A stretch of 64,000 nt of DNA from Fimbriosthenelais zetlandica (Eukaryota). Below the pieces are notes generated by a model. The model was not told where the DNA came from, ran no database searches, and was given only the letters and a program-made list of their open reading frames with translations. The translations under genes were made by a program, and so were the position numbers. Where the stretch lies: NCBI GenBank assembly GCA_977030845.1, contig OZ365116.1, positions 19,840,001 to 19,904,000 of the forward strand, given 5' to 3'. Of this stretch, positions 35,791-48,696 are shown piece by piece (within the stretch, counting starts at the first letter, position 1; each line of letters begins with the position of its first letter).

Positions 35791-38700
35791 TACATTAGAG
35801 ATTAAACGTGATATAAATCAATGATAAAATACATCATCTTATTTCGATTTTCAGAAATTATTTCAACTGGAACCCAACCCGAAACATGCTACGTTATACC
35901 CCATAGAAGAACAATGAAGCCTGGGTTATCTCAGATTGGCTGTGACATATATAGTTGACAGTGGAATTGTTGCCATGGCTCAAATAAGAGGTTAGTTGGT
36001 TTATCTAATCTGTCATCAACTTCTAGCAACTTTCACCATGAGACACAACCCGATAAATCAGGGTTCTTATATCATCCTAACTGAACCCAAGCAAAGATTA
36101 TAATACATGTACACTTTTAACAACAAAGAAGGGAGATGTTTTCTTCTAAATGTAGATCAAACTAAAAGCCATTTCGAGAAGCATTATGACGGGGATTCTG
36201 AGTAAGGATTCTTTGAATTTGTTTGAGTAAAAAAACTAAGTAATTGCAGCAGGGTGTCGTGTTACTAAAACAAGCAGCGGTCTTCACGTATTGTTCTGTT
36301 AGTGGAGGTTATAGATATCAATCAGCGCTGTATGCTACACAAGTCCCATGTCAGAGACGAGATGGACCACATTTTTATCACACCACTAACACATGCCCCC
36401 ACACCCTTATGTGAGTCAATTATACCTAAAGTCATGACTCGAGGACATAAAAACTCCATTATTCAGCCTAACCACAGGTTATATTGGGTTTCAATCAAAC
36501 TGAGCGGATTTCCAGATATTTGGTTTCCGACTGGAGAAGTCCTACATTTCCTTTACAATTATTTTTTTACAATTAATGCATTTCAATATTTAGATATCAG
36601 TATGTATCAAATTCACTACAATTCCCTTCTCTTTTCTCCGTTTTAATTCATCCTTCTATAGGATTCGACAAAAATTATACCTAGTAAAAGAATCTTATTG
36701 AAGGATAACAGATCATTGCAAGTCTATTTGACGTGATATTTCTCTAGTGTAATATCATGTTGCCCTTTTGAGGGAGGAACATGGACGCCCCTTTAGGATT
36801 CTTCTAAGAAAGCCCACTGGGGAGCATGTATCTTATTCATGGCATGACTCGGCCGTTAGGATGCTGATATTGAAACGATGTGATTAATCCTTGATCCCTT
36901 CAGTACAAACGTCTGCTCAAAAAACTTGAAGATTAAGCATTAATTCTCTGCATATAATAATAAGGAATATATCAATGCATAATAGAGCAAATGAAAGATG
37001 CATACGTTTATATTAGTGCCAAATCTGATCCTCATCTTGGTTGAGAAGAAAGTCTCCTTCCTTATCACCGACTTGGACACCTCTCGTTAATCTCTTTAGT
37101 TAGAATATTTCTCTCTGCTTATCCCAGCTATGTTTCACAAAGGTGATGGGAATATCCAAGTTTTACAGTTTAAGTAATAGGGTAATACTGATACTCAGTG
37201 TTATTCAACCTCGATAAATCCACAGCAGATTTGAACTATCCACTATCAGAATGCCTTCACATCAGTGCCTCCACAAGCATTGCCCAGGAAACAGTATTTT
37301 CCTGTGCCACACATTTCTTTCAGCCTTTCCACTGATTTTTCTGAGGTTTTTTGTCTCTTCAGTCTAAGTATACTTCAGCTGAGGTGGCACTTCTTTTCCT
37401 CCTATCCGGCCTTAGTATCAACTTCCCACAGATTTTCCTCTGCCACCTTTTCTAGTTTCTTTGGCTGTGTTCTTTTCCAGTTTTGATATTCAGTACCAAA
37501 ACAATTTTCCACGAAGTTCTGGGTAAAATTGGATCTATATAGATCTATAATTTCTTCCATTGACTAGTCAAATTATCTATGATATAAATGCCACTTTATT
37601 TGGCATCTATCTCAATAATATATCCAGTGAGAAATGACAAATTACAATTCCAACTGGGAGGTCCAGTTTTGTCATTGGGATGGTTCCAAGAAGGAACCAG
37701 TGTGTGAATAGTGAGTGTGAGGGAGTGAGTCAGTCTTAATAGCATTAAGATCTGCCAGGGGCCTTCCTTTGCTTAACTAAGGTCCAGTCTATGATGTTTG
37801 ATAGTATACAGTTGTCATCCACTTGACCACAAGCTGACCTGTACACATGGACTCTCAGACAGGAGCACCTTCCTCACCAGTTCACCAGTTTCATGATCTC
37901 AATTGACTGTCCATGACATCTGCTGGAGGGTGTATAAACTGTATACCAGCACCACTAACAGTCTGGAGGCGATCCTCCTGGTGCTCACACTTCACACTGG
38001 AGGTACCATATGGATCCTCGACTTGCTCCTGACCTTTACTTCTTTCTTTGCAAAAAAATAAACCAATTGACTTTGAGTCCCACGGGTTCAGACATGTCTA
38101 CGGAGAGTTAATCCTCATTTTCTAACAAAAGATGAAGCATAATATGCTTATAATATGTTGCCATTATATTATAATGGCAACGGTGTGGCTTGGTACCCAC
38201 TGTTGAGAAGTTTGAAACCTTTTAAAAGTGGTAGAACGCGGTTTCAGCATATGTATGCATGAGTTCATATCAGTCATGGGTGAGTTAACTTGGCGGGACA
38301 CGTGACTCGCCCTGTCAATCATGACGTTGATGGTGAGTCAGGTGTTGTCATGGGAAGTGACATGACTGACATGGGGACACCATGGAGATGACCTCCACCA
38401 GGCCTTGTATAAAGCGGAGGAGTACAGCAGGGGAGCCTCATGATGCTGACTAGTACCACAGTTTACACCCAGACGGCACCACTGACCAGGCTGCTGTGCT
38501 TTTAGAAGATGCAGCAGCATCCCATCTCAGTGAATTGAAGGCACCATACTTCCCTGCCTCAAATGATCCATCTTTTGGATTATCACTATATTTAAGCGAT
38601 GCATTCCTCATATACAAAATGCACACTTCAATCTGCCAATAGCAGGGGGAATCCTTGAGCACGTGACCTGCCATCCACCAGGGGAACCCCCGCTGTGACG

Positions 38701-41700
38701 TTGCATTAGGTTACAGATATATACGTCACATATATATCATGATCATAACGTATGTACGTGCTATAACAGATACAGATCATGGCCATATATCCATCTACAT
38801 GTGTGAGCCAATACATCAACACCTCGAGGAATGTGAAAAAGATTAGCTTAATCCCAGAACCTATTTCATCTATCTAGCAGCTGACTTCACATGACCGTGA
38901 AAAATGGAATGCTTTCATGCAAAGGGATAATGTAAAGCTATCAACTAAAGTCATGGGAGACATTAAGGTCCCTTAATATAGCCTATTCACTCTCACTTAA
39001 GCGTACAATCTTCAAAAGGAATGGGTCAAGCGTGTGTGTGGAGGGAAATTATGATTCCTGGTCAAAGCCATTAACCTTAACGCTATGTGGGGTTTGTGTT
39101 CATGTCTTAGACAGGGCAAAACAATGGGTACTTGGAGTAAAGAAACGGTGAAAGGAAATATGAATTACTGCCGACAAGCCAGTCAATGTTTACCATCGTA
39201 ATTCCTTATTAGTGAACAATTACTACCCATCCATTATACATCTCCTGTATAGTAACAGCTAAGTATAAAGCGTCATTTGAATGTGCTTGATAAATATAAT
39301 GCACATAATTCTAGTGCACGAACACATCCCATCTTTCTTGAACTGTCTTATATGAGTCAAGCAGCTGCGGTCTTGAAATATTCTTGTTGGAATTGCTTTT
39401 GAAATGTCAGAACCTGCGGTGGAAGGGGAAAATATCCTGGGAAATTAATTAATTGACCGATGGGAATCAGCCAATCACCATCGGTGCCAGCAATACATAT
39501 GTAGCGCCACCTTCATGGATGACACTGAACTGTAATAACCATTCTGGGTTTTCCCCTTCACCCATAAAACCATGAACAATCCATAAAAGCAGGCGCCGGT
39601 GGCTGGTGGATTGCCTTGTGAGGATGAGCTAGCTCTCTCACTCTGGTTTATTCATGACTGCTTTGGTTTATGGCCCTTGCCTGAGTCATCCTATTAAGGT
39701 GTAGAACAGACGCTTATAAACCGAACACACGTCCCCAAGCCTGGCGCTAATCTTTACCAGCCATATTCACCCTCCAGAGGGTGGGGTTTAGAGGGTTTAG
39801 TCTTCCCTTCATCCCCTTTTATCACACTTATAAGCCATACATTTTACTAAAACTCAATGCATTTTAATGTCCGAATCATCAGAGGTGCATCATGCACCTG
39901 ATCATTTTGAAAATGGCAATTTTTCCTTGAATCATTTTCCTGATGACAAAGCTAGAGTCTTCAGTCAACGTCTACTCTGAATTCAGCCCAATCTGTATAT
40001 TAACATATGTGCTATTGTCATGATGGTAAAATACATCAACAGATCTCATGAAGTGTCTTGGTGCCTCCCCCATCCATTTTCTCGACATCTACTATTCTCA
40101 ACAGGCTATCAGTGACATAATATTCATGGAGGTCACATACAACTCGTCTAGCTTCCTATGTAGATAAGCCAGAGCACATTCAGGGCAGGCTCGTCTCTTC
40201 AGACATTCTCAGCGATATGGAAATGTGAACAGATTTGAAAGAAGAGCAGTTTTTCAACTCGCTTCAAAATCCAGGCAGAATATGTTTGCAGTATACTCTT
40301 TCAAGAAAAGGGAAACAAGCTAAAGGTAAAAGGGATGAATTACGAGTTAGTCTCAAGTGATGAAGTGGATGTAATGAGCAGGAAAGAGCAATTGCCAGCA
40401 TCCTTAATCTCCTGAGGGAACATTGACAAACGTGGGAGACATAGCCTCAGGTAGGAACTGAGTCACTCCGAGCCGCGAGACAGAATGCTCAACATCCTTC
40501 AGCCTCAGTAGGCAAGCAAAGGCCAGCTGCTTCTCCTCCCCTCATGGGATAATTAACTTCTCACGGAAGTTCAAAGTTACCTTAAATTAGGGTTCAGGGT
40601 TTCTCTTTGTAGACTATCAGCAAGTATTGCATATATGAAACCATGAAAGGTTAAACAATCATGTAGCCTATGCAGGGAATAACGTAAAAAATAATCGGAA
40701 ACGTGAGTCTCGAGAAACTAGGGGGGATATATGTACTTGGTATGAAGACAAATGGCGTCCAAGTTTGGGAGATAATTCCCTTATCGCCTATCTATCAATA
40801 ATAAGAGGAGCGGACAAGTGAATGCAGCCATATTGCCGAATCATTGGTGACAAAGGAGAATAAGAGCGAATCAGAGCAATTGAATTATTCACTGCGGAAC
40901 ATAGCCTACAGGGACTTCCTGTCAGTGGCAGTGAATGCCATACAATTCAACAATACAATCATCAATGCATCTGTTATACTTCCTTCCAACGAGGAGGGTT
41001 GTGCCACAGTATGTGTCAGAAATTGTGGCTGTAGAATTGGAATAGTTAAGAGCAATTTGAGTCTCATAAAGCAAACTTCTAACACTATAATCGCCAGTTC
41101 CAAATGCTCCCAGGGACAGATGACTGAACAAAAATCACTAAGTGTATAAGAGGTTTCATTTTACAATACCACAATGGTCGATTCACAATGTAAAAAGTGT
41201 CAATTCCCCTTACAAATTTGATTCTATGGCTGGCTGGAGACAGTAAACGATTCTCAACATCATTTTATACGATTGAATGGCATCAAAACAGCTTATCCCG
41301 CATACCAGGGGATCTGGATACCAACATTAAGCCATACTTCTCTATGACCTTTCATCCCTTTCACGGATACCAATACAACTTCAAAAGAATTGAAAACCCT
41401 TCGTCCGACTCTTCTCCCCCATCAGGGACCCCTTCACCTTCTTGGTAGTTCGGCTGCAATGTAAGCTGGGAGTTGAGGAGAGTCAGGAAGAGGCTGGAGA
41501 TGGATCATGTGACTAACACGTGACGATCAACGTACGTCAGTGAGAGCCGTTAGATGTGACACTGACGTATTAAAACCGGGCTCTCCCAACACAATAGCAC
41601 TCACGGGGCTTACATTGATCTTACAGCAGCCAACAATACGGATCTCTTTTCTTCATCTGGGAATATAGTGGGTCCCGGGGACGATCACTGGGTGACATAT

Positions 41701-44700
41701 TGGGGAGGAGTTTGGGACCCAGAGGGTGAGACCCAGCAGTTACAAGGATACACATGTTCTCCCTTGGGTTCACTATAGAAAGAAGTTCCTCTTGCAGGAC
41801 ATCACAAATGTGTGAAATATTTCATAGGGGCTTAATAGAAAATGCCCTATAAGAAAAGGTCAAAGATGCTTGGTCGTGGATGAGAGATCTAGCCTGGGTA
41901 TAGCAGAACTTATCCGCAGCTTATGGGATATAACCCCCTCATCCATGTAACAACGGGCATACCCCCTAACACTATGTACACACATAGAAAAGCAAGACAA
42001 TGGAAAGGACAAGAAGACTTTGTCCTCTTGGGAATACAGATGGCATCTTAGATAGGGATGGGAGCAAGATGGAAAGGCATGCTGAGTGGAAGAAGGGCCC
42101 AGAGAGAAAAGAACAAAGGCCGCTGTCAGTAGTCCGTGGATGTATGGTGATATACTAGGAGTAGGGTATTATACTGGAGGGGAACAAAAGTAAATCTGAC
42201 ACTAAATACATCCAGATCTAAGCCACCTAAGATGTACAGCCCGGGTAAACAGGGTCTCAGTTGAAAGTATCCCGGTATTTATGTGTTTTTCTCAGATAAT
42301 CATCTAAAAGATTACACATGGGTTGGGGTGAAAGGATTGCTCTGATACAAATGTATGATCTCTGTTTTTGAAGGAGAGATAGAAGGGGACGCTTTATCTC
42401 TACAGTGAGGCAGTGGTAGGGACATGTCATTTGATATGAATTAATCGTGCCATGTTTTATTCATTCTGTCCATCAGTGGTCATGCCAATGGATCACAGGT
42501 CAGTCCCCGATGTCTGGCTATTTACATTTGACCTGTCATTCTGACCTCAGGGGAGCACTGCCGCTACTGCCCTTCTTCATGTGTGTAGGGTGTGCTCTGT
42601 GTCTGTCTGATCACTGATGCTGGAGCATTAAATGAAACCCCTACTAAAGTCTAAAAGCCACTATCACAGAATATAAGCCAACGTATCATCTATTAGATGC
42701 TTGCTAGAAGTTCTCTCCAAAGTATAACCTGGTATAGACCACAGGACATCAACTAATTCAGGCCTACATTTATATCCAAATACAATTGATCATTTTGCTA
42801 ATTTCTCACAACAAAAATATCATTAACCAGTGCATTTGCAGCAAATACTTCAGTAAAAGTGCTTATAAGGGTTCCATTTTGTTTCTCTATCTTATCTAGC
42901 TTATCTTACCTCAGTGGCAGATGAACCATAGGAACATTACATGGGACGGAAATTACTTGGTAGTACCCTGTATTTGTGAACTTTTATGGCCATTTCTTTC
43001 ATGATTGCACCAATCTAGCCATGAAATATATCTTGGTGATGTGACCCTGTTTTACCAATGGGTGACCTCTCTTATCTCCTCTTGGTTATTGTTTCTATTA
43101 ACGTAATGGTCGCGAGAGATCAAGTGTTCCCACTGGGGTGAGAATATTGACTATTTGCATCTATTTACAACTGCATATTACCCTCCATTTAGGCACAGTG
43201 TCAATAATAACTCTCACAACTGGGGCAATCATCAGTCTCATGGATCACCCCTGTATGTTCCTTATTTTGCATGGCTCTGTTCTTATTGTTCGATACTGTA
43301 TCATATTTTGATTTCTGATTGAATTTTCCATGTGAAACTGTCCCTTTATTATGAAACAAACATAAGCCACAAGGCAGCAGATCGAGTATACAGAAAGCAG
43401 TCTCAGTATAGTATATTAGCCCCGCCCTGATTCAGGTGTTAACCATTAGATGTATACTGACAGGATGGCCCTGGCAGCCACAATATCCTCCCATCACGGG
43501 CTCTATTAGACTGACCCTGGTTCCTTCACACATTAGGGTTTTCATCTAAATTTCCAGGTAAGACAGGGAGGGGTCTAAAATGTTCATGACCAGACTGTGG
43601 CAAGTCTAGGAGCAATTAAGCTACTGGACAGGTGGTACGCCACCTACCTATATACTCCGGGTTGTTCGTAATGAAATTGCAAGCATGTTTTCTCCATTTT
43701 TTCTTCCATTACAAAACATGGAACTCTCGTAAAACTGCCAATCATTTCTCATATTTTTTCTCATCCTTTATGAGAGACAAAGTATGCCATTTTGACCCTC
43801 GAAATATGTATAATAGTATATAAATTATTGCAAGTTAAAAGGGTTGGGGTTTGGGGTTAAGCAAGAAGTGAGATGAGGTATTCTTGGTTCAGGCAGAGAT
43901 TGATGCTTAAAAACTTAAAGGTCAATTAGTATGTGAAAATTGCATCCATAATGAGTGACCTGTATACATTACCCTCGCCAACGAACCCCTTTACCACTGG
44001 TTGAGATATACAACACACGGGATACAACAGCTTTATAATGGATCTTAAGTGACTACTTGGCTCCTGTCCCAGAAACAAATCATCTAACTAGTTCCTGCTC
44101 CGTAGATTTCTTAAAATCCACTGATATAAACTTGGTGAATCATCTTAGATTTCACCTGCGAGTAATGGATGCAAGGAAGTGAAAACATACCAGGGATGTA
44201 ACTGGTCTTAAGGAGGGTTCTTTTTCAGAACTTTATCCAAAGCAAACAGAGAAAACACGTTGCTTGGCCTATGATACTGATAAATCTATATCGCAAACCA
44301 GCCAAATGGGTCAGACATATTACCTAATGATATAAGAGTAGAGCAGCCTTGTGCATGCATAACCGATTTATTATTTTTGAATGAGGGCCGTCATTTAACC
44401 TACCAATACATAGGTCAACTACCGTTATTTATTACGTAATTATTCACTGCCTCAATGGAGCGAAAAACACAACCGACACAAAATAAATCAGAGGAGCTGA
44501 CCAGCTGTAGTTCCATTCAACTATTTCTAGAGTTAAGTACTGGTTATAAGGAACGTTAAAAAGGTCCAATATCAATTTGGAAATGTGGGTGGTCGGGCTA
44601 GTTTTAATTTTCATTTCTAAGAATTGAATTTGCATAATCCTCAAATAGATGGCGGGGAGACAGGGGTGGTCTGTGCTGGAGGGGGCGGATCACTGCTCTA

Positions 44701-45385
44701 ATCTAATCCATGTAATGAGTATTGACCCAGTCTTTGTCCAGAATAAAATGACTTAATGTTTATTTATGAATCTGATACTTGACATGCTCTTTATCTGCCG
44801 GGATTGCTTTAACAGAGATGGCTCAAACTGATCTGCTTTTCTTAGAAATGTTGCAAAAAGAAGACAAGAATTGAGCCGTTGCAAGAATAGCTGGGATGAG
44901 GTGAAAATTCATATTAATTGAACAGAAAATGGGAGATTTCAAAAGCAATCCAACGACCCTATTTTGGCACCATTCGTTGGGTCATACATGTTCAAAGGAC
45001 AACCAATGCTTTCATATACATTGACGGGAACGTTATCTCTTGGATCGAATTGATTCCAAGGTGATTAGTGCCTTTTGATCATGGCAAAATGGACGAGCAC
45101 ACCTGTCATTGGTATGTATACAGGTGTATGAGGGTGGTAGGGTGTATATACATGACCTTCACATGATGTATTAGTGGTCACATTGAGTTAACATGGCAAT
45201 GAACCAGTGTCTACATATACCCCACCTAAACCATCATGACAACTCCACCTGTGTGTGTCTATACCTATAACTATGGTCAATGGACTCACAAAAACCTCTA
45301 CAACATATTCGTCACCATGTGTCAGGTGTGTATGAGGTTCCAGGTGGGTGGTCACAAGCACAGAAAGAGGGCAACCACTACCGCT

Positions 45386-45459
45386 GGCCGGTTAGCTCAG
45401 TTGGTTAGAGCGTCGTGCTAATAACGCGAATGTCGTGGGTTCGACCCCCACATTGGCCA
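45386..45459 (+). tRNA. tRNA-Ile-AAT: tRNA-Ile, anticodon AAT (expected I34 modification)
   Basis: GGCCGGTTAGCTCAGTTGGTTAGAGCGTCGTGCTAATAACGCGAATGTCGTGGGTTCGACCCCCACATTGGCCA folds into a full cloverleaf: D stem GCTC/GAGC, anticodon stem TCGTG/CGCGA with loop CTAATAA, T stem GTGGG/CCCAC with TTCGACC, acceptor GGCCGGT/ATTGGCC plus discriminator A. A and B boxes intact; no intron, no encoded CCA. Confidence 0.96.
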
Positions 45460-45465
45460 AGTGAC

Positions 45466-45473
45466 TTTTTTTT
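45466..45473 (+). terminator. RNA polymerase III terminator (T8)
   Basis: Run of 8 T starting 7 nt after the tRNA 3' end. Confidence 0.9.
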
Positions 45474-46130
45474 CACTTTACAAAATATAGTTCATCTGCT
45501 TGAAAGGGAGGGAATGAGAGTTAGAAATGAGCAGCAACTGTCCGTGTGGTCCATCACGTTGATGACCTCTGTATCTAACCTAGTGGAATACTGAGATCAG
45601 GAACTCCTGGAGCTCATTCATCTAAGTCTCGTCCCCAGCGTGATCCACGCGAGGTATCGCGAGAGTTCCCGCTGGCCGTGTGATGAAGACTGACAGGGCT
45701 GGTTGCTTGGGGGATCAATGGGCAGGGAGTAAGCTACAGGGCACCAGAGGACAAACCATGCTCAATATTATGTCAATTCCTTTACAAATTGTTACACCAA
45801 GTACTTCATTCTGTTTGATTTCATTTTAGTAGATACAAAAGGTTTTTCAGAATGGATTTATTGCCATACAATGAGTCAGATCAAGCCCTAGTGAAGTGTG
45901 AAGTGTGAAACATGACTCGCTAACTTGCTGCAGGGGACATGAAGGCTTGAGGAGGGGAAGCCAGTGTAGTGTAGGGACATTGTGTGAGGGTGAGGGTTAA
46001 ATAGAATAGATGTCACACTGTCACTATGTACCTGTCACGCCTGCCCCGTCACCAACCATCAATTAGATCCACCATTTGTCATTCTCCTTCTCCATTCTCA
46101 TGTCAGAGGGCGCCACCTGTACTAGCCCTG

Positions 46131-46174
46131 ACGCATGCGCAAAGCATATAAAAGACCTTCAAACAGTCACGTGG
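46131..46174 (+). promoter_or_regulatory. Promoter-like motif string (NRF1-like, TATA, E-box), antisense to NAV
   Basis: ACGCATGCGC (46131-46140), TATAAAAG (46147-46154), GTCACGTGG (46166-46174). Confidence 0.25.
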
Positions 46175-48643
46175 TACTGGGGTTTGTTTTATGTTCATAT
46201 TGCCACCAATTGGTGCCTGGTAGTCAATGGCCTCACTCCCAATTAATGCACCACAAGGACATTCCATTGAAAGAATAAGTGACTTAAATACTTATATAAG
46301 TGACTTATGGATATGAAGAACAGTGTGGTGAGGCCTTAAGGAGAGACTTCTGTTTTTAATTCATCCAAATATTTGAGAACCTGCCAACATTTGTTGATGA
46401 AAGAAAACCACAAGGTCATTTCAAGGTCGTTCTTCTCCGCAGGGACGGCTGGGGTTTAGCCAACAATAATAGGGATGGAAGGGGTTCATTTGTTTCATTA
46501 CATCCCTCGCCTCACTTTCTACATTGGCCTACCACACCTATAAAATCCCAACTCATTAAAAGATGGGGAAAAAAGTTGAGATTTATATCCCATTCTGTCC
46601 TTTATAACTAATGGGTCATGATCTCTCCAAATTCCAATTCCTAACATAACTGAGACCAAAATAGCACAGTCTGAGATCAAATCAAACAAGGGGAGATCAA
46701 ACAGACCTGCCATGCATGGTTGAAAATGCAAAAACATGCACGAGAACCGCCCTTGTATGATATGCCAAAATTAAATAAATCCAGCAATATAAACATGCTA
46801 TTTTAAATAGCCTTTAGACATATTATCACAGTTGATAATAAGTTTGATTTTGAAATATCGGGGATCAACCAAGAGTATGTAATGGTTTCTTGTGCCTGGG
46901 GGAGTTTAAACTATTGACATTTAAAAACACTCACGTTGAAGACTGCCAAAGCTTGTCAAAGAATAAAGTCAGTGACTTCAACCTTATTACCACTTGATGT
47001 GACAGGCTGTGAATATGTGACCCTCTGACTTTATTTTCATCTCCTTCTTTCTTGTTTGTACCTCCCGCCCAGGGACAGGTCGAGAGAAAAAAGAAGATCT
47101 CGTACCACTTCGTGAGTGTTTTTCTATCAATCTTCTTTATGAGTAATCTTAAAGCAGAGAAAAGGTGGAGTGCTGATTGTCATAATACAACTTCCACATG
47201 CTCCCAAGTTTGTATTCATAACCTCAAGATGACTGACTCTCCCCGGAATAGGTTGTGTGTCATTCTCTCCCAGGTCATTTTCTTTATCATGCAAATTTTA
47301 TGAGTAATATCCAAAGAAAAGTAGTAATATTTGTCTTATTAAAGGCAAATCCCAGCAAGCTCTTAGTATTGGAAACCATGGGCGCCACTGATAGTCAATA
47401 ACCAATACAGAGAATCTCCGAAAAGTCGAGATAGCATTGGAGACTGGCCAAACTGATTTGGTCAGAATTCTCTCTATTGATATTGAAGCTCTACTTGTGT
47501 CACTTAATGGGAGGAAAAATTCTACCATTAACCTGTTTGGCAGTGGCATGTGTCTATGAATCTACTCCAGGCTTTCACCCTGTGTCGGGCGGATCTAGGA
47601 CAGATGAAGGGATTAACGTCTATAGAGATTTACGCTCAGTGCTTGCGCAACTGATTTCACTGAAAATAATGCCTTTTCTTTTCTAAATGTTGAGAAAATG
47701 GATTTCCGTATGTGTAGGTATGGACACGAGTTAACATTCACATTCGAAAAGGGAAATATATGAAACACTCACGCCACAAATCGTATACTGCAAAAGGCTA
47801 TGTGCAACTCTTGCTCCAGGACAAAAAAAACTAACATGTAACAAGGCAGGGCAATATAGCAGTGTTGGATGAATTCTGCTGAGTGACATATTCTTGATAC
47901 GCGTCCAAGAGTAATATCATGTTGGTAGTTTTTCTTTGAGGAGGAGGCCTGTCACTATAAGGGCTACCCAATCCCCAACACTCCCAAAAATGCTATTTAT
48001 AGACAGCTGAATCAACTGGTTAATCTTCTGCAGGAAAATATAAGTAATCCAGAAATATTTCTTAATAAAAATAAGACACCAAGATTCCATTTTACATGAT
48101 ATTTAACACATATTGTGGGAGTGTAACCTGCTTTTAGTTAGAGCTGGATTTGACAGTGTGGGGCTTTTTATCGCCCTTGTAGGCTGTGGGCGTTTCCCAA
48201 TAGATCTCTTTTAGCTGGGCAGTGCTCCAAACTGCAGCAGGAAGTTGGAATGCTACATTGTCCTGTTGATTACCATGGTAACATAGGAGCTCTAGGGGAT
48301 GATATGAGGAGAAAAATAGAGAGCTAAGATACGGCTTTAGTTGATATGCTCCACTGTGGTTGGGGGTAAATAATTCAGGTATTTTAGAAGTGGCAAGTCA
48401 TTGCAATATTCTGCAATATATTTAGAATGGTTCAAACATATGTTGGCCTGTATGCAACCGCAACCATAACCACAAGAATGTCTCAATCAAGGTAAATGAT
48501 TCATATTGAAAAAGTTACCTTAATTAACCTTAGTACGTAAGGTATGGGTAATGTGGAATGTCTATACGTACTAGCATTATTCACCTGCAAGCTGGAGTGA
48601 GCGTAAACCTCTTTTCATCCTCGTGAACAAAATAGATTGTTCT

Positions 48644-48696
48644 AAGGTCAATACGCATTAACTCAAGGTCAATATACATTAACTGGAGGTCAATAT
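48644..48696 (+). repeat. 21-bp tandem repeat, about 2.5 copies, each with AGGTCA
   Basis: aaggtcaatacgcattaactc / aaggtcaatatacattaactg / gaggtcaatat. Confidence 0.85.
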
